Below, one piece after another: positions 1-13,003 of a stretch of DNA of 64,000 nucleotides. The notes below the pieces were generated by a model. That model saw nothing but the letters and a program-made list of their open reading frames with translations, ran no database searches and was not told the DNA's origin. Position numbers and translations under genes: made by a program. This DNA comes from Callorhinchus milii (Eukaryota). Every line of letters begins with the position of its first letter. Position 1 is the stretch's first letter. The stretch spans positions 25,918,001-25,982,000 of the forward strand of contig NW_024704743.1 in NCBI RefSeq assembly GCF_018977255.1. Direction: 5' to 3'.

Positions 1-796
1 TTGAAGGATTTCTACTGTATTACACATGTGGAATTTTAACTTTTTTTTGGAAACTGTGGATTTTGCAACTGGACAGAATCAGTTCCTGTAGATTAATCCT
101 GGTTTCCTTCAGTTTATTGGCCTGTGATAGGGTGTAGGAACTTGATCATTAATGACCACTATCACTGCAAAGCCTGCTTTTAATCACAAAAAGAGAAGCT
201 TCCAAAGTGTACCTCTGTGTATTGTAACTCTGTACAATTATGCTTGCTGATAGTGTGTATTATAATGAAAGTGAAGTAATAGGATAATCACAAGGCACAG
301 CTTCAGTGCAATATCAATGCTAGTGTTATGAATTTCATTGATATGGTCTATGGCACCGGGATGACTATTTTTATGAGGATTATGAATGGGTTTGAGTCAT
401 GGTCAAAGCTGATGTGTTTTCATAAAACAAGAATGAGTTGTGAGTATAATTAGAAACAGCCACAATATAACCCTTTGGGTACTCAACTTCCTTCCCTCAT
501 GGAAAAGAAACATATGTGGAGGATACCCTATGGGGAACAGCGGGATATGCACTTTATTCTGTGAGCGAGAAAGATCTCATCACGTAGAAGTGATAGAGTC
601 ACAAGAGGAATACTGGACCTCAATTCTCTTCTCCCTACTGTATATAACATCTGCATCATAAGACATTGCTGAGAATTACATATTTATCAAAGCTGAATAA
701 GGATGGGGTCAGGCTTGGCAGCGATGGTCCCACACATGGATATCCCACAGACTCTCCCAATCCAGGCTTGTACAATGCCAATGGCCATGTATAGGA

Positions 797-1300
797 ATAA
801 TAGCCCTTGCATTTATTATGGACCCTTATTACATCATTGAAACGTCTCGAAAAGTTTCATAGGAACTTTCTGTAAAGTGCAGTGACTGTGTATTTGTAGG
901 TGAACATGGAAGCCAATTTACTCACAGCGATATCCCATAGCAATGATCAATTTATCTGATGGAGTGTTGGTCAGGACACTAGGAGACACTCTATTCTCTT
1001 TTTGTATAGTGCCATGGGATCTTTAACGTCCACATGAACAGGCATTATTATCTGATCTGAAGGGTGGCACTTCCGACAATGCCACACTGCACTGGAGCCA
1101 CATTACACATAATAATCACTCGGGCTGCATTTGGCCCACATTACGCATGCGGACCACATTATGCATGTGTAAAATAGTCTCGACCCAAGGGCTGCAACTT
1201 GACCATTCCTAGTTTAGACTATGAGCTCAACGTTCTGGTTTGGAGCTTGACACCACAACCTTCTGACTCAGAGGTGAGAGTGTTAACAACTGATACCTGA
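797..1300 (-). mobile_element. SacSINE1-like Deu-SINE, interrupted by a hAT-like fragment
   Basis: Reverse strand carries the tRNA-like head (CTCTGAGTCAGAAGGTTGTGG), the Deu-domain motif GTTAAAGATCCCATGGCACTAT and an L2-like tail ending AATGCAAGGGCTATTATT. Confidence 0.75.
1105..1212 (+). mobile_element. hAT-type DNA transposon/MITE terminal fragment
   Basis: GGGCTGCATTTGGCCC and GACCCAAGGGCTGCAACTTGACCATTCCT resemble hAT subterminal GGCCCGCGGGCCG...TTG...CCCTG motifs; the sequence interrupts the SINE. Confidence 0.4.
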
Positions 1301-1486
1301 CACTCGGGGAAATATCTAAAATATTAACATTCCTGTTGGATCCATACCTCAGAACAGGTCAGTTCATTCATGAAAGAGGAGTTAGAGAAGGAAATAAAAT
1401 CTAAAGGATTGAAGGAGATAGATGTTTAAAATCAATGACACTCAAATATTTTCAGAAATATAGTCATAATTGGTTAAGGCATGATT

Positions 1487-1803
1487 GTGGAGTCCTGTAG
1501 CTCAGTGGCTAGAGCACTCGCCTTGTAAGAGAGACACCTGGGTTCAATTCCAGGCAGGGCAAAACCTTGAGCAAGGTTCCTTACTCCACACTCCTAATAA
1601 TAATCCCTCCAAAACAAAAAAAATAATAAATCGGTCATTTTCAATCCACGACTGTTTGTGGGACACTGCTGTGCGCAATTGGCTGCTGCGTTTCGCCCAC
1701 AAATATACGGTCAAGTCATTTTATAATCTATTCTGTGAAGCGCTTTGAGATGTAGTGAAGAAATGAAAAGGGCTATATCAAATGCAAGGATTATTATTAT
1801 TAT
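1487..1803 (+). mobile_element. tRNA-derived SINE, short (internally deleted) subfamily
   Basis: A box TAGCTCAGTGG, B box GGTTCAATTCC, body shared with many other copies in the window, (TTA)n tail. Confidence 0.9.
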
Positions 1804-2193
1804 TTTTTTTTTGGATATGCAGGAACCTATGTGTGATGGATATTTCCCCACATATTTGACCATATGGGGAGAATTATATGGTATGTGATGTGATTGCTGC
1901 ATTGCATATTTGCCCCTTACATAGAGTTAACTTCTCTATGGGATGTAACTCTAAACTTCACCATTGTAGAATTGCTTTATTTCTTCCCAGTTATCTCAAT
2001 CTATTTTTCCTTACTATAATAAAAATATTCTACATTACTCAAGTAAGCATCTAATTCTACCACAGAGTACAGTATTATTAGAAGATGAATTTAATTTAAT
2101 GGGCAACCTCAATGGTGGTTGATTGGGGTCCTCTTTGAAGAACCAGCAATTGAACTTAGGGATGCAGGTACCATGTACAATACAATACAAAAT

Positions 2194-2495
2194 TACATTT
2201 GCAAAGGGCCTTTCACGTCAGGAGGACATTCCCAAGAACCTGAACAGTCGGGTTAGGGATTAGTACCTGTGTGGGGGAGGGGATTAGGATCGGGGGGGCG
2301 GGGGTGGGTGGAGGCAGATAAGGGATTAGCAGGTCGGAGAGGTAGGAGGGGGTTCGGCCATAGAGGCCCTTGAAGGTGAGGACGAGAATTTTGACCTTGA
2401 TCACCTGAGGGATGAGGAGCCAGTGGAGCCAGGCGAGGTTGGGTGTGATAGGGTCACAGAGTCCAGTGTGGAAGAGGACATGAGTTCTGGATGAT
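2194..2495 (-). mobile_element. L2 LINE 3' fragment
   Basis: Translates to KILVLTFKGLYGRTPSYLSDLL (L2 ORF2 C-terminus), followed by the L2 3' tail. Confidence 0.85.
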
Positions 2496-2519
2496 GTAAT
2501 AACAATAGCAATGATAATA

Positions 2520-2880
2520 CCAATAATAACCCTTGAATTTGATATACCACCGTATCACGTTGTCAAGATATTTCAAAGCAATTCACAGAAATTACTGTGA
2601 AATCTAGTGACTATATTTGCAGACAATTATAGCAGCCAGTTTGCATACAGCAGTACCTCAAAGACAACCACAAAGTGAATGACCAATTTTATTGGAGGGA
2701 TTGTTGGCTAGGACATTGGGAAAACTTCCGTTTTCAAATAGTACTATGGAATTTTTAATATTCATCTGAACAAATTGATGGACCTAGGGTTAATGTCTCA
2801 TCTGAAGGATAGAACCTCTGACACTGCTCCCCCAAAACTGCAATGGTATGTCAGCCTAGACGATGAGTTCAAAGTCCATA
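2520..2880 (-). mobile_element. SacSINE1-like Deu-SINE (5' truncated)
   Basis: Deu-domain similarity and L2-like tail on the reverse strand. Confidence 0.7.
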
Positions 2881-3268
2881 CAAAACGATAAAAGTCAGTT
2901 TCGAACTCTATGATTCTTTGCAACATCTGGAATTCCCGCCTCGAATGAAATTCTATATATGAGCAAAAGAAGAGGGCCAAGGAGGCTTGGCAAATTGTAT
3001 TCTCAAGAGAATCATAAGTGCAAGTGAAAGAACATGCTCGATCCTGCAGTACTCTAGCTTTCCACTTCATATCTGCAGGTTATATCAGATCAATGAGATA
3101 ATGAGTGAGAGGGTGCGTGCAGCAATTCCCTGTTGCATACTGGCCCTTTTTTTTTTAGCAGGGTAACCAGATAGGAGATTAGTAGATCAGGTGATTGAAA
3201 TGACAAAAAGCTTGAATTACATACAGGTGATTAGAGAAGGGGAAGAAAGGGATCAACTCTGATCTTAA

Positions 3269-3487
3269 TTTTTTTTGGTCTGCTGAGTGTTTGACGCATG
3301 TGGAAACCCATCACGATGCTTAAAGAGTATTAAAACCAGACCGAGAGTGTTACATATGCTTTCTACCTATGCATGAAATATTCTCTGTGTCTGGAATGGA
3401 ATGTGCGTGTTCTCTTTGGTGGCATACACGCTGTTTACCTAATCTGGAGAGTATTAGGCGCAGGTTGATGAAAGCCAATGCTTGGGG
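3269..3487 (-). repeat. Unclassified A-tailed interspersed repeat, copy 1 of 4
   Basis: Aligns by eye to 7951-8075, 30150-30508 (reverse) and 51538-51627. Confidence 0.7.
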
Positions 3488-3822
3488 ATGTTGAATTTCT
3501 CCCCAAGTATAGTCTGGTTCCTGTTTCAGTCAATGTCTATTGACTTCAAAGCTCGTAGGGTGCAGATTTCTCAATATCTGCAGATTTCTCAAGATCTGTG
3601 ATACATGTAGAGGAACAACTTCCCTATGATTTTCCAGATCTTCCATGGAGACCTGGTTAGATGGTTCGTCCTTTCTGATCCCGTACTGGGCCCTGCTTTC
3701 GCAGCTAAATCTGCTCTAATGCTTGAAATACATTTTCTAAATTCTTCCAATTGGATACTTGGCAACACTGTTCAAATGCCTGCCTGGGGTTGGTAGCACT
3801 TTTATCTCTGAGTCAGAAGCTT

Positions 3823-4468
3823 GTCTCTGCCTCATTGCCTCAGCCTTCATGCTACCAAAACCCTCACCCACGCATTCGTCACAGCAAGGCTCGATTACGG
3901 AAACTCCCTCCTCATCTGCCTTTCCAACTCTTCCCTTCACAAGCTGCAGATCATCCAAATCTCTGCAGCTCGTGTACTCTCACGCACCAGCCTCCATGAC
4001 CCCATCACCCTCGCCCGACTCCACTGGCTCCCCATCTCCCAGAGGATCGAATTCAGGATCCTCATCCTCACTTTCAAGGCCATCCATGGCCTTGTCCCCT
4101 CCTACCTCTCTGACCTGCTGACTCCCTACCAACCTGCCTGCTCCCTCTGTTCAGCGGGCTCTGGCCTGCTCCATGTCTCCTGCCCAACCCGCCCTACCAT
4201 CGGTGGCCGGGCTTTCAGCCTCTCTGTTCCCACACTCTGGAACTCCAGCCCACGGTCCCTTCACCTCGCTTCCTCCCTTGCCTCCTTCAAGGCCGGTCTC
4301 AAGACCCTTCGTTTCGATCATGCCTTTGGTCGCCCTCCCACCTCTCTACCTTCCTTCACCCCTACACCACCCCTCTCCCATGCTCGGGTCGCGACCCCTG
4401 ACTGTCCAGCGCTTTGGGATGTCCTCCCGACGTGAAAGGCGCTCTGCGAATGTAATTTGTTATTGTTG
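3823..4468 (+). mobile_element. L2 LINE 3' fragment (ORF2 C-terminus plus tail)
   Basis: ORF 3821-4435 contains LTHAFVTARLDYGNSLL ... LARLHWLPISQRIEFRIL ... GGRAFS; (TTG)-type tail. Confidence 0.92.
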
Positions 4469-4577
4469 GTGTATGTTCAAGCCCCATTTTCATTGTCAGA
4501 GGCGTTGTGCTTTGGGTGAGCTTTCAAACCTAGGTACTGTCTACCTGTTCAGGTGGGTATTAAAAATCCATGCCAAC

Positions 4578-4865
4578 GACAAAATTACATTTGTACAGTG
4601 CCTTTCACTTCGGGAGGACGACCTAAGGCGCTGAACAGTCGGGGATCAGGACCTGAGCATGTGGGGCAGGTTTGGGATGAGGGAGGGCAGAGAGGTAGTA
4701 AGGGGGCTGAAGATACAGTTGAAAAGGAGGGTCTTGAGTTGTGCCTTGAAGGAGGCAAGGGAGGGAGCAAGGTGAAGGGCTTGTGGGATGGAGTTCCAAA
4801 GGGTGGGGGCAGAGAGGCTGAAAGCTCGGCCGCCAATAGTAGGGCGGGTTGGACGGGATTCACTC
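4578..4865 (-). mobile_element. L2 LINE 3' fragment
   Basis: TIGGRAFSLSAPTLWNSIP ... SFKAQLKTLLF and L2 tail. Confidence 0.9.
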
Positions 4866-5669
4866 CTTGAAAAGAAAAAGGAATCTCTTCTGGAGTAAAT
4901 TGGCTGCCACAATTTGCTTACAAAATACACAGTCACTGCACTTTACAGTAAATCCCATGAAACACTACGGAATTGTCCTCCTGACATGAAAGACACTATA
5001 TCAAATGTAAGGATTATTGTTATTAAAATATGCAGGGTTTTCAACTCCTGATTGATCCTTGCTAAAATGTTCCCGTCTATCCAATGTACTCTGTATTTCT
5101 AAACATCCCACAGCGTGTTTTCTGTGCATTGTCAAAAACTAAATGCAGCCAAAGAAAATATCAACCCTGCAATTGTTCTATTTTACTAAATAATAACTGC
5201 AATCTGTTAAATGCTCCCTAAGTAGTTAATTATTCAGTTAATTTACATTACAAAATACCCCATTAAAAATGTACTTTTCCTGTCCTGTGAAAAACAAAAC
5301 CCAGCCACAAAATTAAGAATGTATGCAAACATTTCAATTATAGTATTATTTTCATTACTAGTTATTATCCATGGTTAGCTTACACCAAAACAATACCTTC
5401 CCAGATCACCAAAGCTTTTGGAGTTTGCATCTACTGGGAAAGTATTGAATTCCACAATGTAATTCAGTGGGACTGAGACAGTCTATTTAACAATTATGTT
5501 TAAATAGATCAATCAAATCTATGACTGCAAATGGTCATAGACTGCATGTTACTGAAAGTAAAAGTGGAGCAATTATTTTCTGTTATTTTCCTGTTCAAAC
5601 AGAAATGCTTGTGGTATCTAAGTGCCCTGGGGGTGTACTGATGAGTTTATACTGCATGCCTCAAGTCAA

Positions 5670-5830
5670 ATAATAATACTATTCTTACATTTGACATAGT
5701 GCCTTTCACGATAAGTCTCACAGGACCTATTGTTAAGTGTAATGAATGTCTATTTTGTAGGTAAACGTGGCAGCCAATTTGGGTACAGCAATGTCCCACA
5801 AGCAGCCATGAAGTGAAGAAATGATACAAT
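5670..5830 (-). mobile_element. Deu-SINE 3' half
   Basis: GTGGGACATTGCTGTACCCAAATTGGCTGCCACG and tail on the reverse strand. Confidence 0.65.
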
Positions 5831-6384
5831 TTAGGATGAAATTTAATGTGAAATGGGAGGCAGCGGGGCATAAATTGAGGTTGAGGCATTGCGAATCATT
5901 CAGTGGAGGAGTCCTGCTTGTCACATCACCTCAAGGAGGTGCATTCTGCAGCAGTACAATTCACACCTACTACAGTGTAACTTCTGCCTGTCAAGCTTGG
6001 GTGGTCCAATGGACTCTCAGTGTAGGCTGTATTGAAATTAAGCTTAGTGAGATCAGATGTTAATCATATGATGGACAGGGTCTTCATCAGAGTATAACAG
6101 CATCACTGTAGACTGAGGTCAGATGAAAGTGTTGGAGACAGATTATAGGTTGGATTGTCACTATTATTAAACCCATTGGAAGGCATCCACCGTTCAGTGC
6201 ACTATATTCTTTGTGGTATTGTAACACTAAGCTTACATTTTAGACCTTCAGATCACAAGCTGATGTGTCGTGTTAATTGCAAAATCCAGTTGGTAGTTCA
6301 TGATTTTGAGATTACTATAAGTGGATGTCATATTGCTAAATAAATTGAAAAGCAATATTAAGAAGCACATTGAGCAGTATTCGA

Positions 6385-6802
6385 TATGTCAGCCTGGCTC
6401 AACTGGCAGCATTCTCACTTCTGAATCAGAAGGTTGTGGGTTCAAGCCCCACTTTACAAATTGACCTCAGATAGTCCAGGCTAACACTCCAATGCAGTGC
6501 TGCATTATTGGAGGTGCCATCCTTCAGATGAGATGTTAAACCGAAGTAGATGTTAAAGATCCCATGGCACTATTTAATAAGCAAAGGGAGTTTCTCCTGG
6601 TGTCCTGGCCAAAAATCTCCCAAATAAAATTAGTAATTCATTTCACGGCTGTTTGTGGGACATTGCTGTATGCGAAATGTCTGCCATGTCCACCCACAAA
6701 GATACACAGACGCTGCACTTTTCGGTGTATCTTGTGAAGGGTTTTGGAACTTTTTCCCGATGTGAAAGCCACTATACTCAATGCAAGGATTATTATTATT
6801 AA
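6385..6802 (+). mobile_element. SacSINE1-like Deu-SINE, near full length
   Basis: Head TGGCTCAACTGG ... GGTTCAAGCCC; Deu domain GATGAGATGTTAAACCGA ... AAAGATCCCATGGCACTATTT ... GGTGTCCTGGCCAA; tail AATGCAAGGA(TTA)n. Confidence 0.85.
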
Positions 6803-7950
6803 TAGTAATGGGAGTCAAATTTGTGAAAATCCTAAAAGCATTCTGTCCCTTGGTTATCAACGATAAGTACTTTTCTATTTTACTGGAATTTTAGTGAGGG
6901 CCAAGAGTTTCGTTCCCAGATAGTAGAACAGTTTTTCAGTTTTACCATCCTTCTTTCAAAATTATTTTTAGATCAGTATCTAACAAAATTCACCTCCTCT
7001 ACAGCCTTTCAGCACTCCAAGATACTATCCTGTCTGAAGAATGCGATATAAATGCAAGTTATTATTGTCGATGATGCAATCTTTATTTATGTTGTCTCTT
7101 TCACTTTTCTGGCTTGTAATTTCAAACGCAGTTCTCAGAAAGAATAGTCACCAACATATTATTAAAAAAGAGTAAGAAAACACCCGATGAAAAAAACATG
7201 TCAAATCTTTTGCAATAAGTTATTTCCAAATTGTTGCATTGTCTATTTCTCATAAAAGTTCAATTTGCTATCTGTCACTGTTGACATGCGAGGCAAGTTC
7301 TTCGCGTTTGACTGGTGACAGAGATTCCTCTTTGATCCTCCTCATAGCCTTTAATTACCTTTCTTTCCTCAAGGGTGTTCTCCCTGATGGTCTGATGACA
7401 CACGTTATCACTGATCAGCCATCTGTTCCCATTGTACTGTTGCCCACAAACAATGAGACATTGAACACTTCAAAATGAAGACACTGTCAACTTGCAAAGA
7501 TGTGAACCATGAAATACCTGTTATGGTTAACTTTGCACTCAGTGCTGTAGTGTATTTTTGAAGTGTGATAGCTGTTTTAGTTGTACATTTTGCTTAAAGA
7601 TCCTTAAACAATGGACATTACAAAAAAAAGATTCATCACTGTCGCAAAAAAGACTTAGTTTCAGGCAAGAGTTCAACTTGCCATTCAAATAATTTTTTGC
7701 TTTTATTTTCATATAGTATCTCCCTTCCCAATGCCAACTTCAAACACTTTTTTAAAAAAAACATTGTTTACATTGCACTGAGGAGATGACATTTTCCACT
7801 TTGCAGTCAATGGCAACACTAAGCACTTCCAGCTCAGCTGCAGAATGGGTCATTGGGCAACACAGGATTTCTTATCTGTATCCTATCTTGGTTACCTAAT
7901 ACCTACCTTTAATCTCCCCTCCCCCTTTCCCTACCCTGCTAGGCGTGGAG

Positions 7951-8075
7951 TTTTTTTTTGGTCACCCGGGTGTCTGACACATGCAGAAACCTGTCACCAT
8001 GCCTAAGAGTATCCAAACCGAACTGAGAATTCCATGCATCCCAACTACACATGGAATGTACACTCTCTTCCTGGA
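7951..8075 (-). repeat. Unclassified A-tailed interspersed repeat, copy 2 of 4
   Basis: TTTTTGGTCACCCGGGTGTCTGACACATGCAGAAACC ... AAGAGTATCCAAACC ... TTCCATGCATCCCA matches the other copies. Confidence 0.7.
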
Positions 8076-8359
8076 TGGAATATGGCAATATGTTGTAACC
8101 AAAGAAAAACTGAAATAAAACTTTCACAGAACAGAGATCCAAAATGTTATTCACTTGGAGATCACCCAGCAATGGATGTAGAACATTATTTGCTGAAGAT
8201 TTACAAGATGTTACGTAAATATTATTGGCAAGCATAAATAGAAATGTTTTGTAGGTATTGCTATGATATTATATACTTACGAATACAAAAGACAGAAATA
8301 TCATTGTATCACGAGGAGCCTGTATCATCATTCCTTAGATTGAGCAATTGTGCAATTCT

Positions 8360-8650
8360 ACTTGCCTCTTTTTACCTAGCAGTAAGTAAGAACCTGGTTG
8401 TTAGTCGATTGGTGGATCGCTTTTCTGTGGGTAATAATCCCTTTAAAAAAATGATAATAATTTGATCACTCAATCCACGACTGTTTGTGGAACACTGCTG
8501 TGTGCAATTGGCTGCTGCGTTTGGCCCACGTAATATACATTCAATTCACTTTACAGTATGTTCTGTGAAGCACTTTGAGACATCTCAGAGACGTGATAAG
8601 GCGCTATATCAAATGCAAGGACTATTATTATATTTATAATTATTATAATT
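8360..8650 (+). mobile_element. tRNA-derived SINE, long subfamily, 5' truncated
   Basis: TTTACCTAGCAGTAAGTAAGAACCTGG central domain plus 3' tail. Confidence 0.85.
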
Positions 8651-9504
8651 ATTGCATTTGATGCAACATCTTTCGCAATGGGAGAATGTCTCAAAGCACT
8701 TTACAGGATTTACTCCGAAGTGTAGTGACTGTATTTTTAGAAAAAATTTTTTTTTTCAATTTGTGTGAGATATTTCTTTAGTGTATTTTCTTCACAGGAT
8801 TTGTGTTACTTTTTCGGTTATCTTTTGTAACAGTCATCCATGGTTGTGCACACAAAATACAGAGTCAATTCATTTTACAGTATATTGTCTGAAGCATTTT
8901 AAGACGTCTCAACGACGTGGTAGGGCGCTATATCAAATACAAGGAATATTATTGTTATGCACATTTTTGACTTTTGATATGTGTGGGGTGGGGGTGGGGG
9001 GTATTATGCGCCATGTGTATATAATGTGTAAACACAGCTGTATTGTGTTTTATGTTCACACACACGCACAAAGGGATTTACAGGTTCTCTTGTTTATATA
9101 ACAACCAATGAATCTGATCAGTTGTTAATTACATAATCTAGCAGACCAGCCATTTCCTCTGCACACCTGTGTTTACTAATAGTGCATAATACAGTTGTAT
9201 TTACACGTGGCACATAATAGATCCCAATAAAGGACTATAGTCCCTATCATAGATAACCTTAATTGACTTCTTAAAAATGGTTCTAGTCTTAGTTTTGTCC
9301 TTTTCGAACAGTGGCTGTGTGATCACAGCAGCAAATGTCCTGATGAGGATCACATGTACCATGAACACATTTTACATTTGGACTCTCTTTAACAGGTAAA
9401 ACTGGATTCCGATTCGCAGGGATTTTAATATTTATCATCACATTGAATGGATCTGAATGTGTCTTAGTGAACGCGAAACTGCTTCTTGTTGTTTGCCTGA
9501 ACTG

Positions 9505-9750
9505 CCCCAATAGCTTTCAGCCATTTTGCCCTTGCTCTCTGGAACTCCATCCCGGAGTCCCTCCATCTCATCCACTTCCTCTCCACCTTTAAAGCCAACC
9601 TTAAGGCCTTTCTTTTTGACTGCGCATTTGGTCACTTTCCCCCGTCTCATTGTTCCTCAGCTCTTTCCCACCCCCAGCTCCCAATCAGCTCAGTGAAGCA
9701 CTTTGGGACGTCCTCTTGAAAGGTGAAAGGTGTCATGTAAATTGTTATTA
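9505..9750 (+). mobile_element. L2 LINE 3' fragment
   Basis: GCTTTCAGCC ... CTCTGGAACTCCATCCC ... GCACTTTGGGACGTCCTC tail. Confidence 0.75.
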
Positions 9751-11039
9751 AATGTACCAGAGGCAGACTCTCTGAAACATTCTTAATGGTAACATCGGTG
9801 AAGCCAGGTCTGTGGCGTTTGACCTCCAGGTTGTGACTCATGACCTTCCTGTGGTTAGCAGAATACTGGATTTTTTTTCTTTATTGCCAATTAGTTGAAA
9901 TTTTTTGTGCAGCCGAGCACACAGAAACCATTTTTACACACAAACTCCATTATCCTTCCCCGATGCACAGAGTGCAGAAAAAAAACAGACAAATGGATGG
10001 ACATCACACTGGTGGTGTGACTGTACCAATGCCTTTTCAACCCTCTGATATGCAATTTATTCTGAACAGTAAGTTAACTCATTAAATGTATGCACATGTT
10101 CAATAATAGCTTTAAGCAGTTTAACTATCTGGCTCTTGGCCATTGTAAGTTAGTGTGCTATAACTCTGCCAATATAGCATTGGGTAAATGGCATCTTTAT
10201 GTAAGAGGTTCAGGAAGCCACAATTTACACAGCAAGGGGGCAAATTGTTCATGGGGGACGGTGGGCCTCCATCTTTGAATGTCCCAAATCCCAGAGTCCT
10301 ATGAACAGCACTGAAGTCTCTGCTGAGTGATAGAATTCAATCTTTTGCAATAAAAGCAACATGATAGGATGTCAGAATAAACTTCAATAAAGCAAGGCAA
10401 ATCGAGTGTGATGCAGAGGCTCAGTGTAACCACTGGCCTCACAGAGGTCCCAGAGGAGAGCCTCACCTCCTGAGTTCCCGAATATCTCCAAGCAGCAACG
10501 CATGTTGTTCAGTACGTAAAACATGAGCTGCACTATTTCCCACAACATTGCACATCTAATGTCTTTGTAGATTTACAATGAAGACATTCGCTGTGTTTAC
10601 CAATCATTAGTGATACACATCCCTAGCTACACAAACATGTAAGCTGAGTAAAAAACTCTGAAGGGATTCAATTTCTTTCTTAACTTCAATCATTAACAAC
10701 TTTGAAAGGCACCGAATGTAGAAAAACACCACATCCCCCTGACCTTCAATGCTTTGAGATGCTACCCAGTGTGAAAAATGCTACATAAATGCAAGTTGTT
10801 GTTGTTCTTGTTGTTGATCATCACACCTACACAATATATATCACATCCACAATTGGATCTACTGGGGGAGAAATGTTCCTCTTGAATCCAAGAATCCAAA
10901 CCCCAGCTTGGCTGCAAATCCTCAACTGTCCAGTGTCTTGGATGTCCTACTGACGTGAAAGGCGCAATAACATGCAATTTGCTGTTGTTGCGCCATTACA
11001 AGCACAATTTACAGCATCTCCACCATAGCAAAAGCCATA

Positions 11040-11520
11040 ACAACAACAGCAATTTGCATTCTTCACACTGGATAATGTCTCAGAGCGCTTCACAGTTGTG
11101 GGGTTGGATGCCTAGTAAGGGAGAAGAAGGAGGATGAGATGATCATAAGTACGATCAAAGAGGTAAGTCCTCAAGTGGGATTTAAAGATAAAGAGGGTGA
11201 AATGGAAGGAATGAGGCAAGAGTTCCAGAGGTTTAGGGCATAGTAACTGAAGGCATGGCCCACAATGGAGTGGTTGGGGGAGATGCACAACATGCGTTAG
11301 AGTGATTGGTGGGGAACGAGCAGGTCAGATATGTAGATAGGTAGGTGCTACGGCTTGAAGATGATTTGCATGTGAGGGTAAGGATTTTCAAATGGACTAT
11401 TTTGGAAGAGGGAGCCAGTGGAGCCTGGGGAGGATCGGGGTGGTGGGTGTGTGGAATTTGGTTTGGGTGAGGATGTGGGCAGCAGAGGATGGGATGAGCT
11501 AGACCTTGGTGGAACTGTGA
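11040..11520 (-). mobile_element. Old L2 LINE 3' fragment
   Basis: Reverse strand has CTCCACTGGCTCCC (LHWLP), CTCTGGAACTC and an L2 tail with (TTG)n. Confidence 0.75.
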
Positions 11521-12074
11521 AAAACAGCGAGGAATGTCTATCAGCTGTTATTAGTGTATAAGAATGTGATGAAACCAATGGAGGACCAGATACAGATTTA
11601 TCTGTTAGATTTTGAAAATGCTCAAGGCCACACTTTGGCGGAGGAACAAATTGGTCACTTTCTTGCCGTGACTTTTGGGGGTGGGAAGAATTTGTCCCAT
11701 CAGCAATAACATGTATATGGGCACTGAAAAGCTTTATGTATTTTGCAGACATAACACCAATTTGAATTGTGCTCAAATAGTACCAATATGACCGAAAGAC
11801 AAATGTATAATTCACATGAAAATCTATAGAATCATTTATTATGTCTTTGACTTTCACCAGCAATGCACGCCTATTGTTTTAAGAAATCCAAACATATTTG
11901 AGGAAATACCAATCTTAATTGTTTTGGAACAGTGCTCAGCCTTAGAAATATTAATATAACAAGATTTGGGGTTCTGAATGCTAAACGAATATTTATTGCC
12001 GTGTCATGGCGATATCTTTTGTTTCACTGCATGAGATATTTGAGTAAAAATTCTGTTGAACGATGTGTGAATCC

Positions 12075-12250
12075 CTCTGTCTTGCCCCCACCTTCCCCTC
12101 TTTTATATCATAACTGAAAACCTACTTCTTCGACCGTGCTCATGGTCACCTCCTCTCTCCCCACAGCTCAGCATCAGCCTTAGCTATAATTAGGCACTCA
12201 GAGATGCTGCCCCGTGTGAAGAACGCTATATAAATGCAAATATTGTGGTT
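12075..12250 (+). mobile_element. L2 LINE 3' end
   Basis: CTGAAAACCTACTTCTTCGACCGTGC ... GCTATATAAATGCAAATATTGTGGTTG. Confidence 0.65.
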
Positions 12251-12679
12251 GTCCCAGAGCAGCCACCCTAACTGCCCATCGCACACCTGCTCCACCATGC
12301 CTGCCTCCGACAGGTAAATCCCCCTTCTCTCATCCACATCCTTCCCGAATGTGTCCCCTCATACTCGACAGCAGTGTTCTGAATAAGAACATTTGTGAAG
12401 CTAGACCTGTGGCACTGGGCTTCCAGCTCATAGACTGTGACATTCGACTACCGGTCCATGGGATGCAGATTTAGGGCGTGTTCCTGAACAAAAAGCAGTT
12501 TTAAGTCAGATTTAAGCAGCAAGAATGTGAATGGCAAATCTGATAAATAATAATAATAAAAATCCTTTCTTTGGTATCGCGCCTTTCACATCAGGAAGTT
12601 GAGTCAAATCATTTCACAGACATACACTATAAATTGTAGTGATTGTGTGTTTTGTAGGCAATACCATGTTCGCAGCTTC

Positions 12680-13003
12680 ATGGGCTGGGTTCAATTCCTG
12701 GGTGGGGTGAAATATTAGGCAAGTTTCCTTACTCCACATGTCTCTGTTTACCTAGCAGTAAGTAGGAACCTGGTTGTTTGTTGATTGGCAGATCGCTTTC
12801 CGGGAGTAATAATCCCTTCAAATAAAATTGGTGACTCGATCCACAATTGTTTGTGGAACACTGCTTTGAGAAGTTGACTGTTGCGTTTCACCCGTAAGTC
12901 AATCCAATTTACAATGTATTATATGAAGCCCTTTGAGACATCTCAATGAAATGATAAGGTGCAAGATCAAATGCAAGAATTATTATTATTATTATTATCA
13001 TTA
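12680..13003 (+). mobile_element. tRNA-derived SINE, long subfamily
   Basis: B box GGTTCAATTCC, central domain and (TTA)n tail. Confidence 0.85.

Larger units (their letters stand above)
3776..5025 (+). mobile_element. Deu-SINE split into three pieces by two L2 insertions
   Basis: Head at 3776-3822 ends GTCAGAAGCTTGT; the element resumes near 4469 (GTTCAAGCCCC ... CTGTTCAGGTGG) and again near 4866 through the tail. Confidence 0.7.

Noticed and set aside
440..661. 73-aa ORF; another frame gives VTRGIL...LPTVYNI, faintly like a LINE RT motif
   Set aside because: Too weak to call as either a gene or an RT fragment.
1487..1560. tRNA-Ala-like gene (also at 26.3, 29.0, 33.0, 34.5, 38.6 and 45.6 kb)
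   Set aside because: These are SINE heads: no convincing acceptor stem or terminator, and each continues into a SINE body.
8034..8237. ORF or AG..GT-bounded candidate exon; one frame reads LFTWRSPSNG, reminiscent of an RTE endonuclease
   Set aside because: The 5' part is the unclassified repeat and the remainder has no convincing homology.
11348..11863. 171-aa ORF
   Set aside because: The C-terminal third is L2 sequence, and the rest has no recognisable domain or splice support.
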